Origin: Ylistrum balloti
Taxonomy: Eukaryota
Assembly (NCBI RefSeq): GCF_031769215.1
Contig: NW_026782224.1
Span: 1,736,001-1,800,000 of the forward strand
Length of the DNA stretch: 64,000 nt
Direction of reading: 5' to 3'
Positions 23,196 to 35,722 of the stretch are shown here, piece by piece. A program made the position numbers and the translations under genes. The notes under the pieces are model-generated. The model had not been told where the DNA came from. It did no database searches and saw only the letters and a program-made list of their open reading frames with translations. How positions within the stretch are numbered: the first letter of the stretch is position 1; each line of letters opens with the position of its first letter.

Positions 23196-23872
23196 GCTTG
23201 CAGTCTGAAAAAAAAATCAAAAGTATACCAGAGAAAATTATTGCAGCTAATTTTCTTTTTGTAGGATTTACGACATGGGGTTTACAGGTATATATATTCC
23301 TGCTCCTGTCCATGGCTATTGTACATATTAAAAAATTGGCATGTGACAGTGTACATTTATCACAAAATGGTTTGTTACATGTCTATATATAAACGATACA
23401 AATTGTAATAATGTCCCTTTCCTTGCATGTTTTGAAACTTTTAATACGAACAGAAACTACATTTTAAATCCATTTCTAAGCATTAATAACTTACACACCT
23501 CTGAGATCCTTTATTTTGTTTTAGATACTTTTTTTTAGAAAAATTGACCTTAACTTTCTAAGCTTCTCAACACCGAAAAAGATTTTAAATATGTCCTATT
23601 TACATACAAATGATAAAAAAATTGTCAGTGCCCCAGTACCTGGTGAATGTAAGCTGTATTTGAAAACAAAATCAGACCTGTTTTTTTTTAAATTTTATTT
23701 TTTATGAAATACAGATCATTCTATCAATGACCGATGTATTCGGGGTCATCTCAATCAAATTTAAAATGAAATTGAAAGTTCTTACTATTCTAATGGTTTA
23801 AACAAACATTCCATATGTATAAGTAATGCAATGCGTAGAAAGAAAAAAAACATTGAGATTTGATCTCGGTAC

Positions 23873-24393
23873 CTGACCAGCTTCTAACGATCTGTCAGTT
23901 GCTTCTCTCCCCAATATGAATGCACTAGCTACAGGTGAAATTGAAATCGAATTTATGACATTAAAACACCGAATGTGTTTATATAGTTCTGAAATATTAG
24001 TCAGAACCGTTCACATACCGTCTGTTTTAATCAGGCCACGTCAACTTTGTCAGCGAAATATATTTTCTTAACGTAACTTAACTGCTTGTTGTACCTTTTA
24101 CGTTGTATGGTCCATGAAAACATTTTATTGATGCAGAAGAGTTATTAATTAACAGTACTCAAAACAAGTAAGTCAGATTACATTGTATAGTTTTCGATAT
24201 CGTTATAAATCGAAATTACTAAAATACAAGCAGAAATATCATATGGATAAATTATACGTCTTTATTGGTAAGAAATAGTCACTGGCTTCTCTCCGACGAT
24301 AGGACTTTATTAATGCTGTAACATGTAGCTCGAACTTGTTCGGTTCGCCTATCAAAATTTGATTCTCGTGTTAGGTAAAATAATAAAATCAAG
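23873..24393. promoter_or_regulatory. Putative bidirectional promoter FAM114A (minus) / ZMAT2 (plus)
   Basis: Minus-strand donor GGTCAG|GTACCG at 23873/23872 and ZMAT2 ATG at 24394. The interval retains CpG relative to its flanks. No TSS data. Confidence 0.5.
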
Positions 24394-27214
24394 ATGGCTG
24401 GCGTGTATGAGGTTTGTTACCGTCTCATAAGACATTCAATATTAAACACAAGTTCAATAATTGTTTAAGGCTACAAGCCGAACTATTTGTCATAAGATAT
24501 GTGTTGATGTCAAAAAGATGACAGTTAAAATACATGTTTATCACATAGTGATACAGTAGACCTAAGATTGTGACTTAGATCCAGTGGCAGTGCGAGTTAC
24601 ATGATAAACAAAGACAACAGAAAACAACAGCGAGAGAATCACTCCGGATCTTCATAAATCCGTGTGTTATGGATAATGTATTATTGGTTAGATGTCATAC
24701 TTCGAGACAAGAATCCTTCTATGTTGTAAGAAATGCCTTTGGACGGATCCTATTTGAATGTGCGAACAAGAAAAATCCGAATTTATCTACATCTCGCTTC
24801 AAAACGTTTGCTTTGCTGAATCTGTAAAACAAAATATTTTCAGTTTTGTTATTTGTATATTAGCTACATATGAGTTGTATTATTGTTTTCAAATTATGTG
24901 ACATATGTTAATATTCCTTACTTAAGAATTGATTTTGATTGTTTGCCCTTTAACAATCACATATATATATGGACTTATTTGTATATTTATAAAACTTCAG
25001 AAAAGTGTGACAGACTTCAGGAGAAAATGGGACAAAGACGAATACGAGAAGATAGCCAAGGAGAAGCTGGAGGCGGAGCAGATGGCTTTACTTGAGAAGG
25101 AACTCAAGGAGCCACCAGTGAAAAGAGAACTTCTGCAGCCTCGTGAGTACAAGGTAGGTATTTAGTATAGGTTTGCAGTAACTTGTGTACAACTTTATTG
25201 TTACTCGGTCATACTGATGTAGTGTTCTGGAAATAGTCATTATTCCCCATAGTGTCCTACTTATACTTGTGCCGAAATCCTATTATTTTTGTATTTTATT
25301 GGCATGTGATCATGTCAAATAATATATATGACACACCCTAAAGAAGTCTTTGATACATACCCTCATCTGCATCCTGAAATTCCTGAAATTCCTGAAATAA
25401 TCCACTTCAAATGTTTGACATAGGCCCTTATATATTCTATACACATTTATATTTCTTGTATTGAAGAGAACTACTGTGGTTGAGATCCACATAATTTATA
25501 TTATATATTGATGACACAAGTCTTTGGATGGAATCATGTATTTTCTTCTGTTTCAGGTTGATCTTGATTCAAAACTTGGAAAGTCTCAGGTGATCACAAA
25601 GACAACTCCAGCCTCCCAGCAAGGAGGGTGAGCGACAGAAATGTTTAGATAAAAATCAGCTGAGATGGATGATGATTAGTAGCATTACTGTGGCTAAACA
25701 AATTAGTATGAATTATCATGTGAAATCATGAGAGTAGTCTCTCTTCTATTTGTTATCAGGTTTTATCATATTAGATAACTGTGAAATTACTGTCACAGTC
25801 AGAAATCGTCATCAGTGATCTCCATTTAATAGTAGTATACACTTTCATACAAATCTGTTTTTAAATGAAAATTATGAAATGAATTGAACATTTTTTAAGC
25901 TTTATTCAAGAATTTTACTTTGCTCAACATCATTGCAATGGTAACCAAAATTTTTACATTTTGTTGTTATTTTGTGTATTTTAATGTAAATTTCTATTTT
26001 TGGAACTTATCTCATCAACCATTTCTTAATTGCTCTTAAGCTTTCATTATATAAGCCATGCTGAAGGATGTGTCTTTTGGTATTTTTGACGCTGTTTATG
26101 AAATTTCCAGTTGCTAAGGAAACATTGACCGATATATACAGTTACTGCTGATACAAATATATTTGCAGTTTTGAAGCATGTTTCAAAAAACATAGATTTA
26201 TCATGTATGCCATGTTTTATGAATTTCTATACAAAACTTTTGATCTCTTGTAGGTACTACTGCAATGTGTGTGATTGTGTGGTAAAAGATTCCATTAATT
26301 TTCTGGATCACATCAATGGCAAAAAACGTAAGTACTACACCAAAACAGTAATGTATATATATATATTGATGTGAAGTGTCAGCTGATGTTAATTGCTCTT
26401 TTTGGGAAGATTGAAAGATTGAAAGCAGGAAGAGTTCGGCAGCTGACCCTAAGTGAATGACAAGCTTATCACCACTTTACCACCCAACCACCCAGTTTAC
26501 AGTGCTGATTGAGAACATTTTGTCTTTCAGATCAGAGAAATTTAGGCATGTCCATGAAGATTGAGAGATCATCTTTAGATCAGGTGAAGAAAAGGTTTGA
26601 AATGAATGTGAAAAAACAGGAAGAGAAAAAGAAGGAATATGACTTTGAAGAAAGGATGAAGGAACTAAAAGAAGAGGTTTGTAGTCACACAATATTGATG
26701 GATCACATGACATAGATGTTTTATGTACGACCAAAGTAGAAATGACAGTATGACTGGTATTACTCGTTCACAGAATAACCTGTAAAGTCAAGTGCATGGT
26801 AAGAAAACAGAAAAAAAACATTGAGAAATACCTTGTAGGCCATAGGAATAATTCAAGATACAAAATGTAGCAGGCAAGGGAGATAAGAAGAAAAATGTTT
26901 GAAGATCAATAATACTGATGATATATTGTAAATCAAAAAAGATATCTGTGTGTGCGATGGAAGATTTTAAGATTGTGAACAGGTTTTAAAGTGGTGTCAG
27001 TTTTTCTGTGAAATTTTTGATATTTTTATCTCATGAGAATTTTTTGTTTTTAATGTTTCAGGAAGAGAAACAGAAAGCATACAGGAAGGAGAAGAGAAAG
27101 GAGAGGAAGAGGAAAGCTGATGACTCCACTGTAGGACTGAATATTAATGTTGATCCAGACATGGCTGCTGTGATGGGATTCTCTGGTTTTGGGACAACTA
27201 AACCCCCCACGTAA
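24394..27214 (+). CDS. ZMAT2: Zinc finger matrin-type protein 2 (Snu23 homologue), 6 exons, 204 aa
   Basis: Exons 24394-24411, 25001-25153, 25557-25627, 26254-26327, 26531-26676, 27062-27214 (615 nt, phases consistent). [54 protein letters not shown] and [11 protein letters not shown] are near-identical to human ZMAT2. The 18-nt first exon is placed by analogy with human. Confidence 0.97.
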
Positions 27215-27895
27215 CAAAGAGATTATCACCAGTGTGTTAGTGGACAATATTAATTCTACTTCAGTGTTTTAGCTGTGTGGGCTTTGATCAAGAACATCAG
27301 ATAAAATATAGATACACAAATGGACAAACATGTTATAGTTTGGCAGAGTTCCTTATGTATACATCATTTAATCTAAACAAAAGCAGATTTCATTGCATTT
27401 TATTTATAATTTAAAACATGTCATTTATGATGTCAGATTTTGGACATCACAAATAGTAGATCAGAAGCAGTACACTAGTGTATTATATTCACTCTGGATC
27501 ATGGAATCAAATATATGTCATTTTTCACTCAAGTCTCAATAAGGTAAGCATAGGCTATTTTGGGGACTAGAATATTACCAATGCTGTCTGAACCACTGAG
27601 AAAAATGTAGCAACCTCATAATGGTACAAAAATCATTTAATCAGTAACTGTGTTTGAAGATCCTTGGTGCCACAAATAGTTAAAGGTTTAGTTGGTCAAT
27701 TAATATTCTCTGTATAGTTTAAGGATGAAGTCTGTCGCGCCATAAGGTAATACATTATGATCTATTGTTAATTAGTAAAAAGATGTGTGAAAGTGTGTAG
27801 AGGAAGTGTATATTGAAGTTGCTTGAGCAAGAGAATGAGGTGAAACATATTTTTTTGTTCAATATTTGTATAGGTCCATTTTATGCGATATGTGT

Positions 27896-27901
27896 AATAA
27901 A
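27896..27901 (+). terminator. Candidate AATAAA polyadenylation signal for ZMAT2
   Basis: AATAAA about 680 nt after the stop, followed by T/GT-rich sequence. Motif only. Confidence 0.3.
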
Positions 27902-27964
27902 ATATCTTTTTGGTGGATGAACAATTTTGTTAACTTCTTTAAATCAAGATGTGGTGAAACAGAA

Positions 27965-28275
27965 AAGTTAAACTGGACCTAAGACAGTGGTCAGTTTTAA
28001 GTTAACCTGGACCTAAGACAGTGGTCAGTTTTAAGTTAACCCGGACCTAAGACAAGTGGTCACTTCTAGGTTAACCTAGACCTAAGACAGTGATCAGTTG
28101 TAAGTTAACCTGGACCTAAGACAGTGGTCAGTTCTAAATTAACCTGGACCTAAGATAGTGGTCACTTTTAAGTTAACCTGGACCTAAGACAGTGGTCACT
28201 TCTAAGTTAACCTGGACCTAAGATAGTGGTCACTTTTAAATTAACCTGGAACTAAGACAGTGGTCAGTTTTAAGG
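27965..28275. repeat. ~34-35-bp minisatellite, ~9 copies
   Basis: TTAAGTTAACCTGGACCTAAGACAGTGGTCA(G/C)TT. Confidence 0.9.
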
Positions 28276-29209
28276 TAATCAAAATCTTGTGCTTTAGCCA
28301 TAGTGACCTATCAACCTGTCAGCTATTCAAATTTTAACAATTAACATAGATTAAAACAGTACCTCAGTATCAACACCTATCATCTTATCTTTATTAGTGG
28401 GAAATTTTCCCTTCTTGTGTCCTCCATCTGATCCTTTCAAAAATGAAATATTCACTACTAGGGACTATGGGGAATCCACATATGAAATTAGTGGTTTACT
28501 AACATATTTGTACCTTGGTGAAATGTAATGACCACATAACTCAGTGGTAGTATTTCTCAAACTTTATTTTAACATCTGACAAAGAATCTAACACAAACTG
28601 TTTCCTTTACTTGAACACTAGTTAAACTCTGATTATAAAATGTAATTGAAATTGAACTACTTGGATCAATTAAGATGGTAAGTGAATGACTACAGCACAT
28701 CTTCATTTACATATAAGTGTAACTTAAAACAATAAAAACAAATAGTAACAATAAACGCTTCAATGACAACATATTTTATATTATCGACAACATAACCTTG
28801 CGTACTGAATAAAAAGTAAACTTGAACATGATGACTAGACTTCATTTGATAGCTGGTGCTTACATACATGTAACAAGACAACAAATCATAAATTTCAAGA
28901 TCAAATGGAAATATTAAGAAAAAAAATTAATCAAAAGAGAATCAACTAAAGAATAATAAAAGCACTGAAATTATTAACTTATAATTTCATTCAACTTTAA
29001 TATTTGTAAATACATAGTCTACAAAATTTCAAGCCCAGTTTGAACTTTAATATAAGTCTTAACACACTTCCCCTCTCCTTGTATCTTGATAGTAATAGAT
29101 TTTCAATAACTGAAATGATATTGTATATCTTAATTCCTTATATAAAATCGCTCATTAATTTCAGTAGTCACTTATTTTCATTGATACGAGTAAACACAGT
29201 ATATATCAC

Positions 29210-29360
29210 CTGAACGTTCAGTGGATGATTTGGATCTTGAACATCCAGTGGATGGCTGGGATCTTGAACATTCAGTGGATGGTTCGGATCTTGAACGTTC
29301 AGTGGATGATTTCGTTCTTGAACATTCAGTTGATGATTTGGATCTTGAACATTCAGTTGA
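29210..29360. repeat. Degenerate 30-bp tandem repeat (~5 copies) just after the orphan gene's stop codon
   Basis: GATCTTGAAC(A/G)TTCAGT(G/T)GATG... recurring every 30 nt. Confidence 0.75.
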
Positions 29361-29382
29361 AAATATATGGATCCTTGAGCAT

Positions 29383-32300
29383 TTAGCAGAAAATATCTTT
29401 GGTTCTGAATAGTTGAGCAAAATTACTGCTTGATTCTTTGTGAGAACTTGCCAACATCCTGAAATTGGAGTAACATTGTTATTACAACTATATTGTACAC
29501 ATACACTTTAAAAAAGACTTCAGTTTCAGCTTCTAACGATATGAATGCTAGCAGCCTTTTGTGTTAGTTCATAAACCAACATTTTCTCTTATTCATGTTC
29601 TGCCAGACAAGGTTGTTTTCAACTACAGGGACTTCCAGACATTTACATGCTATAGAGCTATACAGAAATGTTAAGTAATTTACTGCACGGTCAAAATGGC
29701 AACAGACAGAGCAGTTTGCATCAGACTTCAGACTTTTTATACCAAAACCATCTCGGCAAAATTAAATATCCAAAAGGCTTTGAAGAAATTATTTTTAAAC
29801 AGAACTTCTTGTGCACAAATTAAACTTATTGATGATTTTTTTTTAACTGCTATGATTTAAAAGTAAAGGAATTCTTTATTCTTAGTATTCAAATTTAGAC
29901 TAAAATAATACCTTTTGGATATTCTATCACCATCCACCTGTCCTCTTTCCTTTCAAAATTAACACACCAAAATGCAAGTTCTCCAATCATTTATCAATGA
30001 ACCACTGTATTTGTCATCCCCACAACCCTGATGTATAAATATTTAGGTGAATATGTAGCAATGTTTTGGACAATCAGAAACCTTTATTTTTTTCCATGGA
30101 AACTATCAGGAATAACCAATTTTTATAAGCCAATTTAAAGGCTATGTTACAATGATTATCAAAATAAATAATATTGATAATATTGATGAAAGGAGTTATG
30201 GCCCTTTTTATGAAAATCTCTGTGTAGTGACATTGTCATTTTGGCAACCAAAATTTTCCAAAAACAAATGATGTGCTTATATACATATCGTCTGTCATAT
30301 ACTAGTATATTGTTGTTCATCGAAATTGTTGTCAAACATGAAGTTCACAACCAAACTTTAATTCAAAGGTAATGTTTTGGTACTGTGTGACAAGTAAAAG
30401 TAATTCTCAACAGCATTAAATAAAAGGTCTAACAACTGTTTCTTTAAAAGTCAACTCTTACCTTCTAGAGTGTTGAGGTTTCTGTTTATCTGGTGGAGTC
30501 ATATCCCCAAACATCTCACACAGTCCTTGTGTTGCTCCCTGTTAAAGCAATTTAAACAAATCATTATTCTGGTTTTGTATGTTACTGAAAATCTAGACTT
30601 GGCAGGCAAAAAATCATTTATAGGTCTCAGATTCCATAAATACAATGTTATTTGAAAAAAAACAAAACACAAAAAAAACTGGGGGATTTAAAATTAAGTC
30701 AAACTTGTCCATAAAGGCCAACAAGGAAGCAGAAAAAAGGCCAATAACAGCAGATTTGATTGTAGTTCAAACCAACCTCCATCAACAGATCTTCATTACA
30801 ATCCAGGAAATTTGTCTACAGAAACAGACTCCTGTGTACTGACAGTATCTACCTTGTCTATAGATACAGGCTCCTGTCTACTGACAGTACCTACCTTGTC
30901 TATAGATACAGACCCCTTTGTACTGACAGTACCTACCTTGTCTATACAGACCCCTGTGTACTGACAGTACCTACCTTGTCTATAGATACAGACCCCTGTG
31001 TACTGACAGTACCTACCTTGTCTATAGATACAGGCTCCTGTCTACTGACAGTACCTACCTTGTCTATAGATACAGACTCCTGTGTACTGACAGTATCTAC
31101 CTTGTCTATAGATACAGACCCCTGTGTACTGACAGTACTTACCTTGTCTATACAGACCCCTGTGTACTGACAGTACCTACCTTGTCTATAGATACAGGCT
31201 CCTGTCTACTGACAGTACCTACCTTGTCTATAGATACAGACCCCTGTGTACTGACAGTACCTACCTTGTCTATACAGACCCCTGTGTACTGACAGTACCT
31301 ACCTTGTCTATAGATACAGACCCCTGTGTACTGACAGTACCTACCTTGTCTATAGATACAGACCCCTGTGTACTGACAGTACCTACCTTGTCTATAGACA
31401 TCGGTACTGTTGACTGAGAATTTGTAGCAGAGGAATCAGAGGATACACTTGACAACTGAAACAAAATATTCAGAGCAACTAAATCCTAGTCAGAACAGTC
31501 ACTATCAACTGATAGTACAGACACATTTAATAAAAACAAATTATCAGGAACTATGTAGAATTACCCCTCTGCAATCTCTAAAAGTATTGTCAGTCAGTTA
31601 GGAGATGATATTTGAACATTTAATAGACACTTTTTATTTCTATCCTTATCTGATCAAAGTCAAAGTTCAAAGGACAAGCATGTGTAACAGAATTCAGGAT
31701 TTGAACACTAACTGTCTGGCTTTCTAGTCTGATGCTTAACTGTTCGAGCTAAAGAAGTTTTTCAGGCAGAGCAGTGCATTGCCATTAGTAAACCAGAGCA
31801 CCCAGGTTCGCATTCTAGTGGAGGCACATATTAGAGAAATATTTAGATGTTCTTGGAAAAAAAAAATGACAGGACTTGTTTGTTTCAGGTTGACAGTGGA
31901 CTCTTGACAAAAAGCAAAGTGATTTCCTGATGATGTTTGGCTAAAGTCTTCACTTGAACATGTCCATCCTTCAAAAGAGCTTGATAACTACTTAACAAGT
32001 GAAAATAAGGTGGCTAAACCAGTAATACCCACCTGACTGATACCAGACAGAGCTGGCGATAACAACTTGGGAGATGACCTTTCATCCAAATTGTCGTCTC
32101 CCACTGTCTGCTTCATCTTCAGTAATGCCTGCACTAATGCTTTACTGGAATCTGACTGACCAATAAATTCTGATTCAGTCTCATCATCTGAGGAGTCTTC
32201 CATATCATATTCTTCATCCATTATCGTGCAGGAGTCAGAACTAAAGAGCTCACCTGGTTTTACGATAACTTTGTAATTGCTGTAATTTTCAGATGTTTGA

Positions 32301-35141
32301 TAATTTTCTTCAGCAGGTTCAGTTATCAGTTTTGTCTGGCTCCGCAATATTCTCTGGCCTAATGGTGGCGACCCAGGTATTTTGGCATCCCCGGAGGCAT
32401 CGACCAATATACATGACACCTTTGCATCATTCCTTTCACATTCTGATTCATCAAAAGTATCTAGTGATATTTTGATCTCTGTGTTTGACTTTTCTCCCCC
32501 ATTAAGTCTTCTACTAAACGATCTTTGCTTCCTTTTATTTGGTGAATTTGATTCACCAATGGTTATATCTGATGACTTTGTCTCCTTCCACTGTGATGAT
32601 CGTCGCGACTTCCGTGGTACTTTTGATGCCTCATGAAGGTTGTGTGTGTAGACATCATCATCCATCTGTGGTGTGATATATGTTGTCTCCCCTCCCTGTT
32701 CAGGTGTTAAGTCATAATCTCTTGTTTTGGTACCAAAGCTAGGTTTCAATTCTGAACTCACCTCTTTCTTGGGGACTGAAAGAGACTGCACTTCCCTTGC
32801 TGCTGACTTTTCTTCAGTTCTCAAAGAAGACCTTGTTTTCATTGATTTCTGTATTGGAGACTTCCTGTCCTGAAATGAGCTTTCATTTGATTGGCTGTTC
32901 CAATTAGCACTGTCATTTGATTGGCTGTTACCATTAGCACTGTCATTTAATTGACAGTTACCATTAGCACTTTCATTTGATTGGCTGTTCCAATTAGCGC
33001 TGTCATTTGATTGGCTGTTACCATTAGCACTGTCATTTGATTGGCTGTTTCCATTAGCAATGTCCTTTGACAGACTATTCATGTATATGCTGTTTTTTGA
33101 CATACTGTTTACATTTACCCCAGTGAAATTCTCTTTGACTGCCCTCCTGGACTGTCTCTTTGCTTTTGTTTGTCCAGATGTATTTTCTTCATTCCCAATC
33201 ACATTACCATCAACGACTTTTTTCTCACCACGCTTTTGTGAACAAAACACTCCCAAACCACCTTTCCTTTTCTTTCCTCTCATATTTCCTGAATTTGATT
33301 GTGTCATATTTTTGCCTTCTGCCTTTTTTTTCAAACTTTCCTTTTGAATTTTTTCTTTTTCTTTTCCTTCAAGTGCATAATTAGATACATTCAAACCATA
33401 TTTTTTATCATTCTTCAGCATCTCTCTATCACTTGCTTTTATCTTCTCATTGAAGTCTTTGTCCTGATGGATGTTTACCTCCCTTAGTTTGTTTTCTTCC
33501 TCCACAAACATATTGTGTTGGTCAATATCATCGAAGTTGTAAGAGTCATCAGTGCGTCTGATAAGCACTGCGTTGTACTCGTCTTCAGAGTCGTCGTCTT
33601 GGTTACAGTTATCTGTAGCAATGACATCCCCTGACTTCTGTAAGTTTCCATTTTTGTCTGTAGAGAAGCTTACTCTCCCTTTTACAGCTTTTGCTTTTGG
33701 GGTGTTGTCAGTCCTACAATTTTAATATTGCATCATCATTGTTGTGTTGATAACAACAGAGAAATGTAGATTACATGATCTGTTTTAATAATGTTTTGGT
33801 CTTTGATGGAATCAAATAAAATACCTTAGTTTATAACTTCATCCCTATCAGATGATTGTGAACAAACGATAACAATGGAACAATATAATGTACATTTATC
33901 TTTTTTCATTTTAGGGTACATGTGAAGACCATTATGAATAAGTCAGTTCAATTTTCAAGCCTCTGAGAAGTACTTTCTCGACCTCACTACTTTTGACAAA
34001 TATATCAAGGTTTTACTCTCTTATTGATAACTTCATTATCTTAATGTATTTTACTAAAGGATGTGCATGGATGCACTTTTCTTAGAGTTATGATTTTAAA
34101 ATGCATGGCCTCCGCAGAATTTCATTTCATTGTGGTCTATCTATGTTCATAGCATTTGGAAAGAAAATTGATGAATTGGAAAAGAAATTTTCAGTAGTAA
34201 ATTTCAAAAATTGGGAGTTTGTCTTAAATGAATTACTGCTAAGTTCAATTGGAAATGAGGTCCATTATCTGCCCACAAAAGCTCCAAAAAAAAAAATAAA
34301 ACCTAATCAATTTTTTTTTCAAGCAAAATAAGATCCATTTGCTTTCATTTTCCTGCCTGGTGCAATGGGAAATATACAAGAAAACATGGAAAATAAAATA
34401 AATTTGGTGAAAATTGAATGAGTTGTCTTCAAAGTTAGAACTTCAAAAGAGATGGTCAGTTGGAACTTTAAAAAGTGATGGTCAGTTAGAACTTCAAAAG
34501 TGATGGTATGAATATTAGCTGTTATACCTGCTTCCTTTAAGGATGCCCAGAGTAGAATGATTCTTCTGAATAATTACTGGAACTCTGAGAGGCAGCTTGC
34601 TTTTGGTGTAGCTCTTCTGTGTGAATATATCAAACTGGTGATGAGGTGGAGACTCTGGACTTTCAAACAACTTGGGGCAAAATGCCTTCTCCCCGGAGTC
34701 ACTGTTGGGTGATTCCACTGAAGAACTGTAGAAGTCACTTGTGTATATAGAATCATGATCTTTCTGTAATCTCCTTGAAACAGGCAAAGTCAAAATGCTC
34801 CTCGGGTGAGGCACTGAATCAGTTTGGTAAGCACTTGGATCACAGGTTTCTCCTTCATCAACATCAAGCTTGCTTCTGACTTTGTAGTTCTTACCCTTTG
34901 ATTTGGAAGTTGTATTGGTCTGATCTTTGTTTGGAGCTTTGACAAGGACCGACTTTGTGTAGAACTTTTTTGCATCCTGCCTCAATCTATTCCAGCGATC
35001 CTTAACCTTACAACTGATCTGGACAGGGGACAGAAATGGATAGCGGCACCGCAGCAACACTTTCTGTTCTTGTTCATACATACGATAGCTGACCTTCTGC
35101 TGAACCACATACTCATCTTGTTCATCACTACCACCAGACAT
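29383..35141 (-). CDS. Uncharacterised ~838-aa, mostly low-complexity protein with an HMG-box-like N-terminal module; 5 coding exons
   Basis: Exons (minus): 35141-34528, 33713-32033, 31455-31387, 30538-30462, 29458-29383. All GT-AG, phases 2/0/0/2 consistent, 2517 nt. Two long open exons (614 and 1681 nt) in AT-rich DNA. N-terminal SYRMYEQEQKVLLRCRYPFLSPVQISCKVKDRWNRLRQDAKKFY follows HMG helix spacing (P..S, W..L, K..Y). C-terminus ...NFAQLFRTKDIFC*. No gene name recognised. Confidence 0.75.
30825..31400 (-). repeat. 42-bp (some 36-bp) minisatellite, 14 units, containing the 5' splice site of orphan exon 31455-31387
   Basis: Minus unit TCTATAGACAAG|GTAGGTACTGTCAGTACACAGGGGTCTGTA; donor copies follow 31387 (real), 31345, 31303, etc. 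Confidence 0.93.
32880..33062 (-). repeat. Coding 30-bp repeat, ~6 x (S)NDSAN(G/W)NSQ, inside orphan exon 2
   Basis: CATTTGATTGGCTGTT(A/C/T)CCATTAGCACTGT units; peptide ANGNSQSNDSANGNSQSNDSANWNSQSNESANGNCQLNDS.... Confidence 0.9.
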
Positions 35142-35549
35142 CTTACATCAATTGTTAACACGCAATGTCTACAAGAAAAAAACATGGATAACTGAAAGAC
35201 ATATACACTATCACATTTTTGTAGATCTATGAAAATGGCTACTGTGTTCAGCATTAGTTCCATCAATGACAATAAACACCAATACCTAGCAACAAAGTGA
35301 TTATAGTTCATCAAGTTAATATTGAAAGCATAAAATAAGACAATACTTGTCTAACCCAGGAAAAATAATCCCTGTTCAAAACATTTGATTGTGATTTAGA
35401 ATTTCAACGTTTAAATTTACAAGTTGTGTCTGACAATATCATACATGCAATGCAATAATATCAAAATTATAAATTACAAAATATTTTTTTAGGAGCGAAC
35501 TATATGTTCTGGGAATTTTGCCACATTTTGAATTAGATCTGATAGGGAA

Positions 35550-35722
35550 TGGGCCCGTATTAGGTCACATAGTGCCCCTGGAAAAATGCTTAACAAGTAA
35601 TTTCAACACAAAGAAGGAACTCTTTCACCGAGAGGTTAGCATATGTATGGGACAAGATACCAGAATCTGTGATATCCATCCCAAATATTAAGTGCTTCAA
35701 AAAAAAAGTAGACAAATTTTAG
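35550..35722 (+). mobile_element. 3'-end fragment of a CR1/L2-type LINE ORF2
   Basis: Frame from 35612 reads RRNSFTERLAYVWDKIPESVISIPNIKCFKKKVDKF*, resembling the CR1/L2 C-terminal consensus (RRxFFSxRVVxxWNxLPxxVVxAxSxxxFKxxLDxF). Recognised from memory. Confidence 0.5.

Noticed and set aside
29178-29420. ORF MLNYSEP...STECSRS repeats
   Set aside because: Different frame from the spliced orphan CDS, which stops at 29383; it is the 30-bp 3'-flank repeat.
31695-31830. Two degenerate tRNA-like/SINE heads in opposite orientation
   Set aside because: Too decayed for a cloverleaf or confident A/B boxes; not called as tRNA genes.
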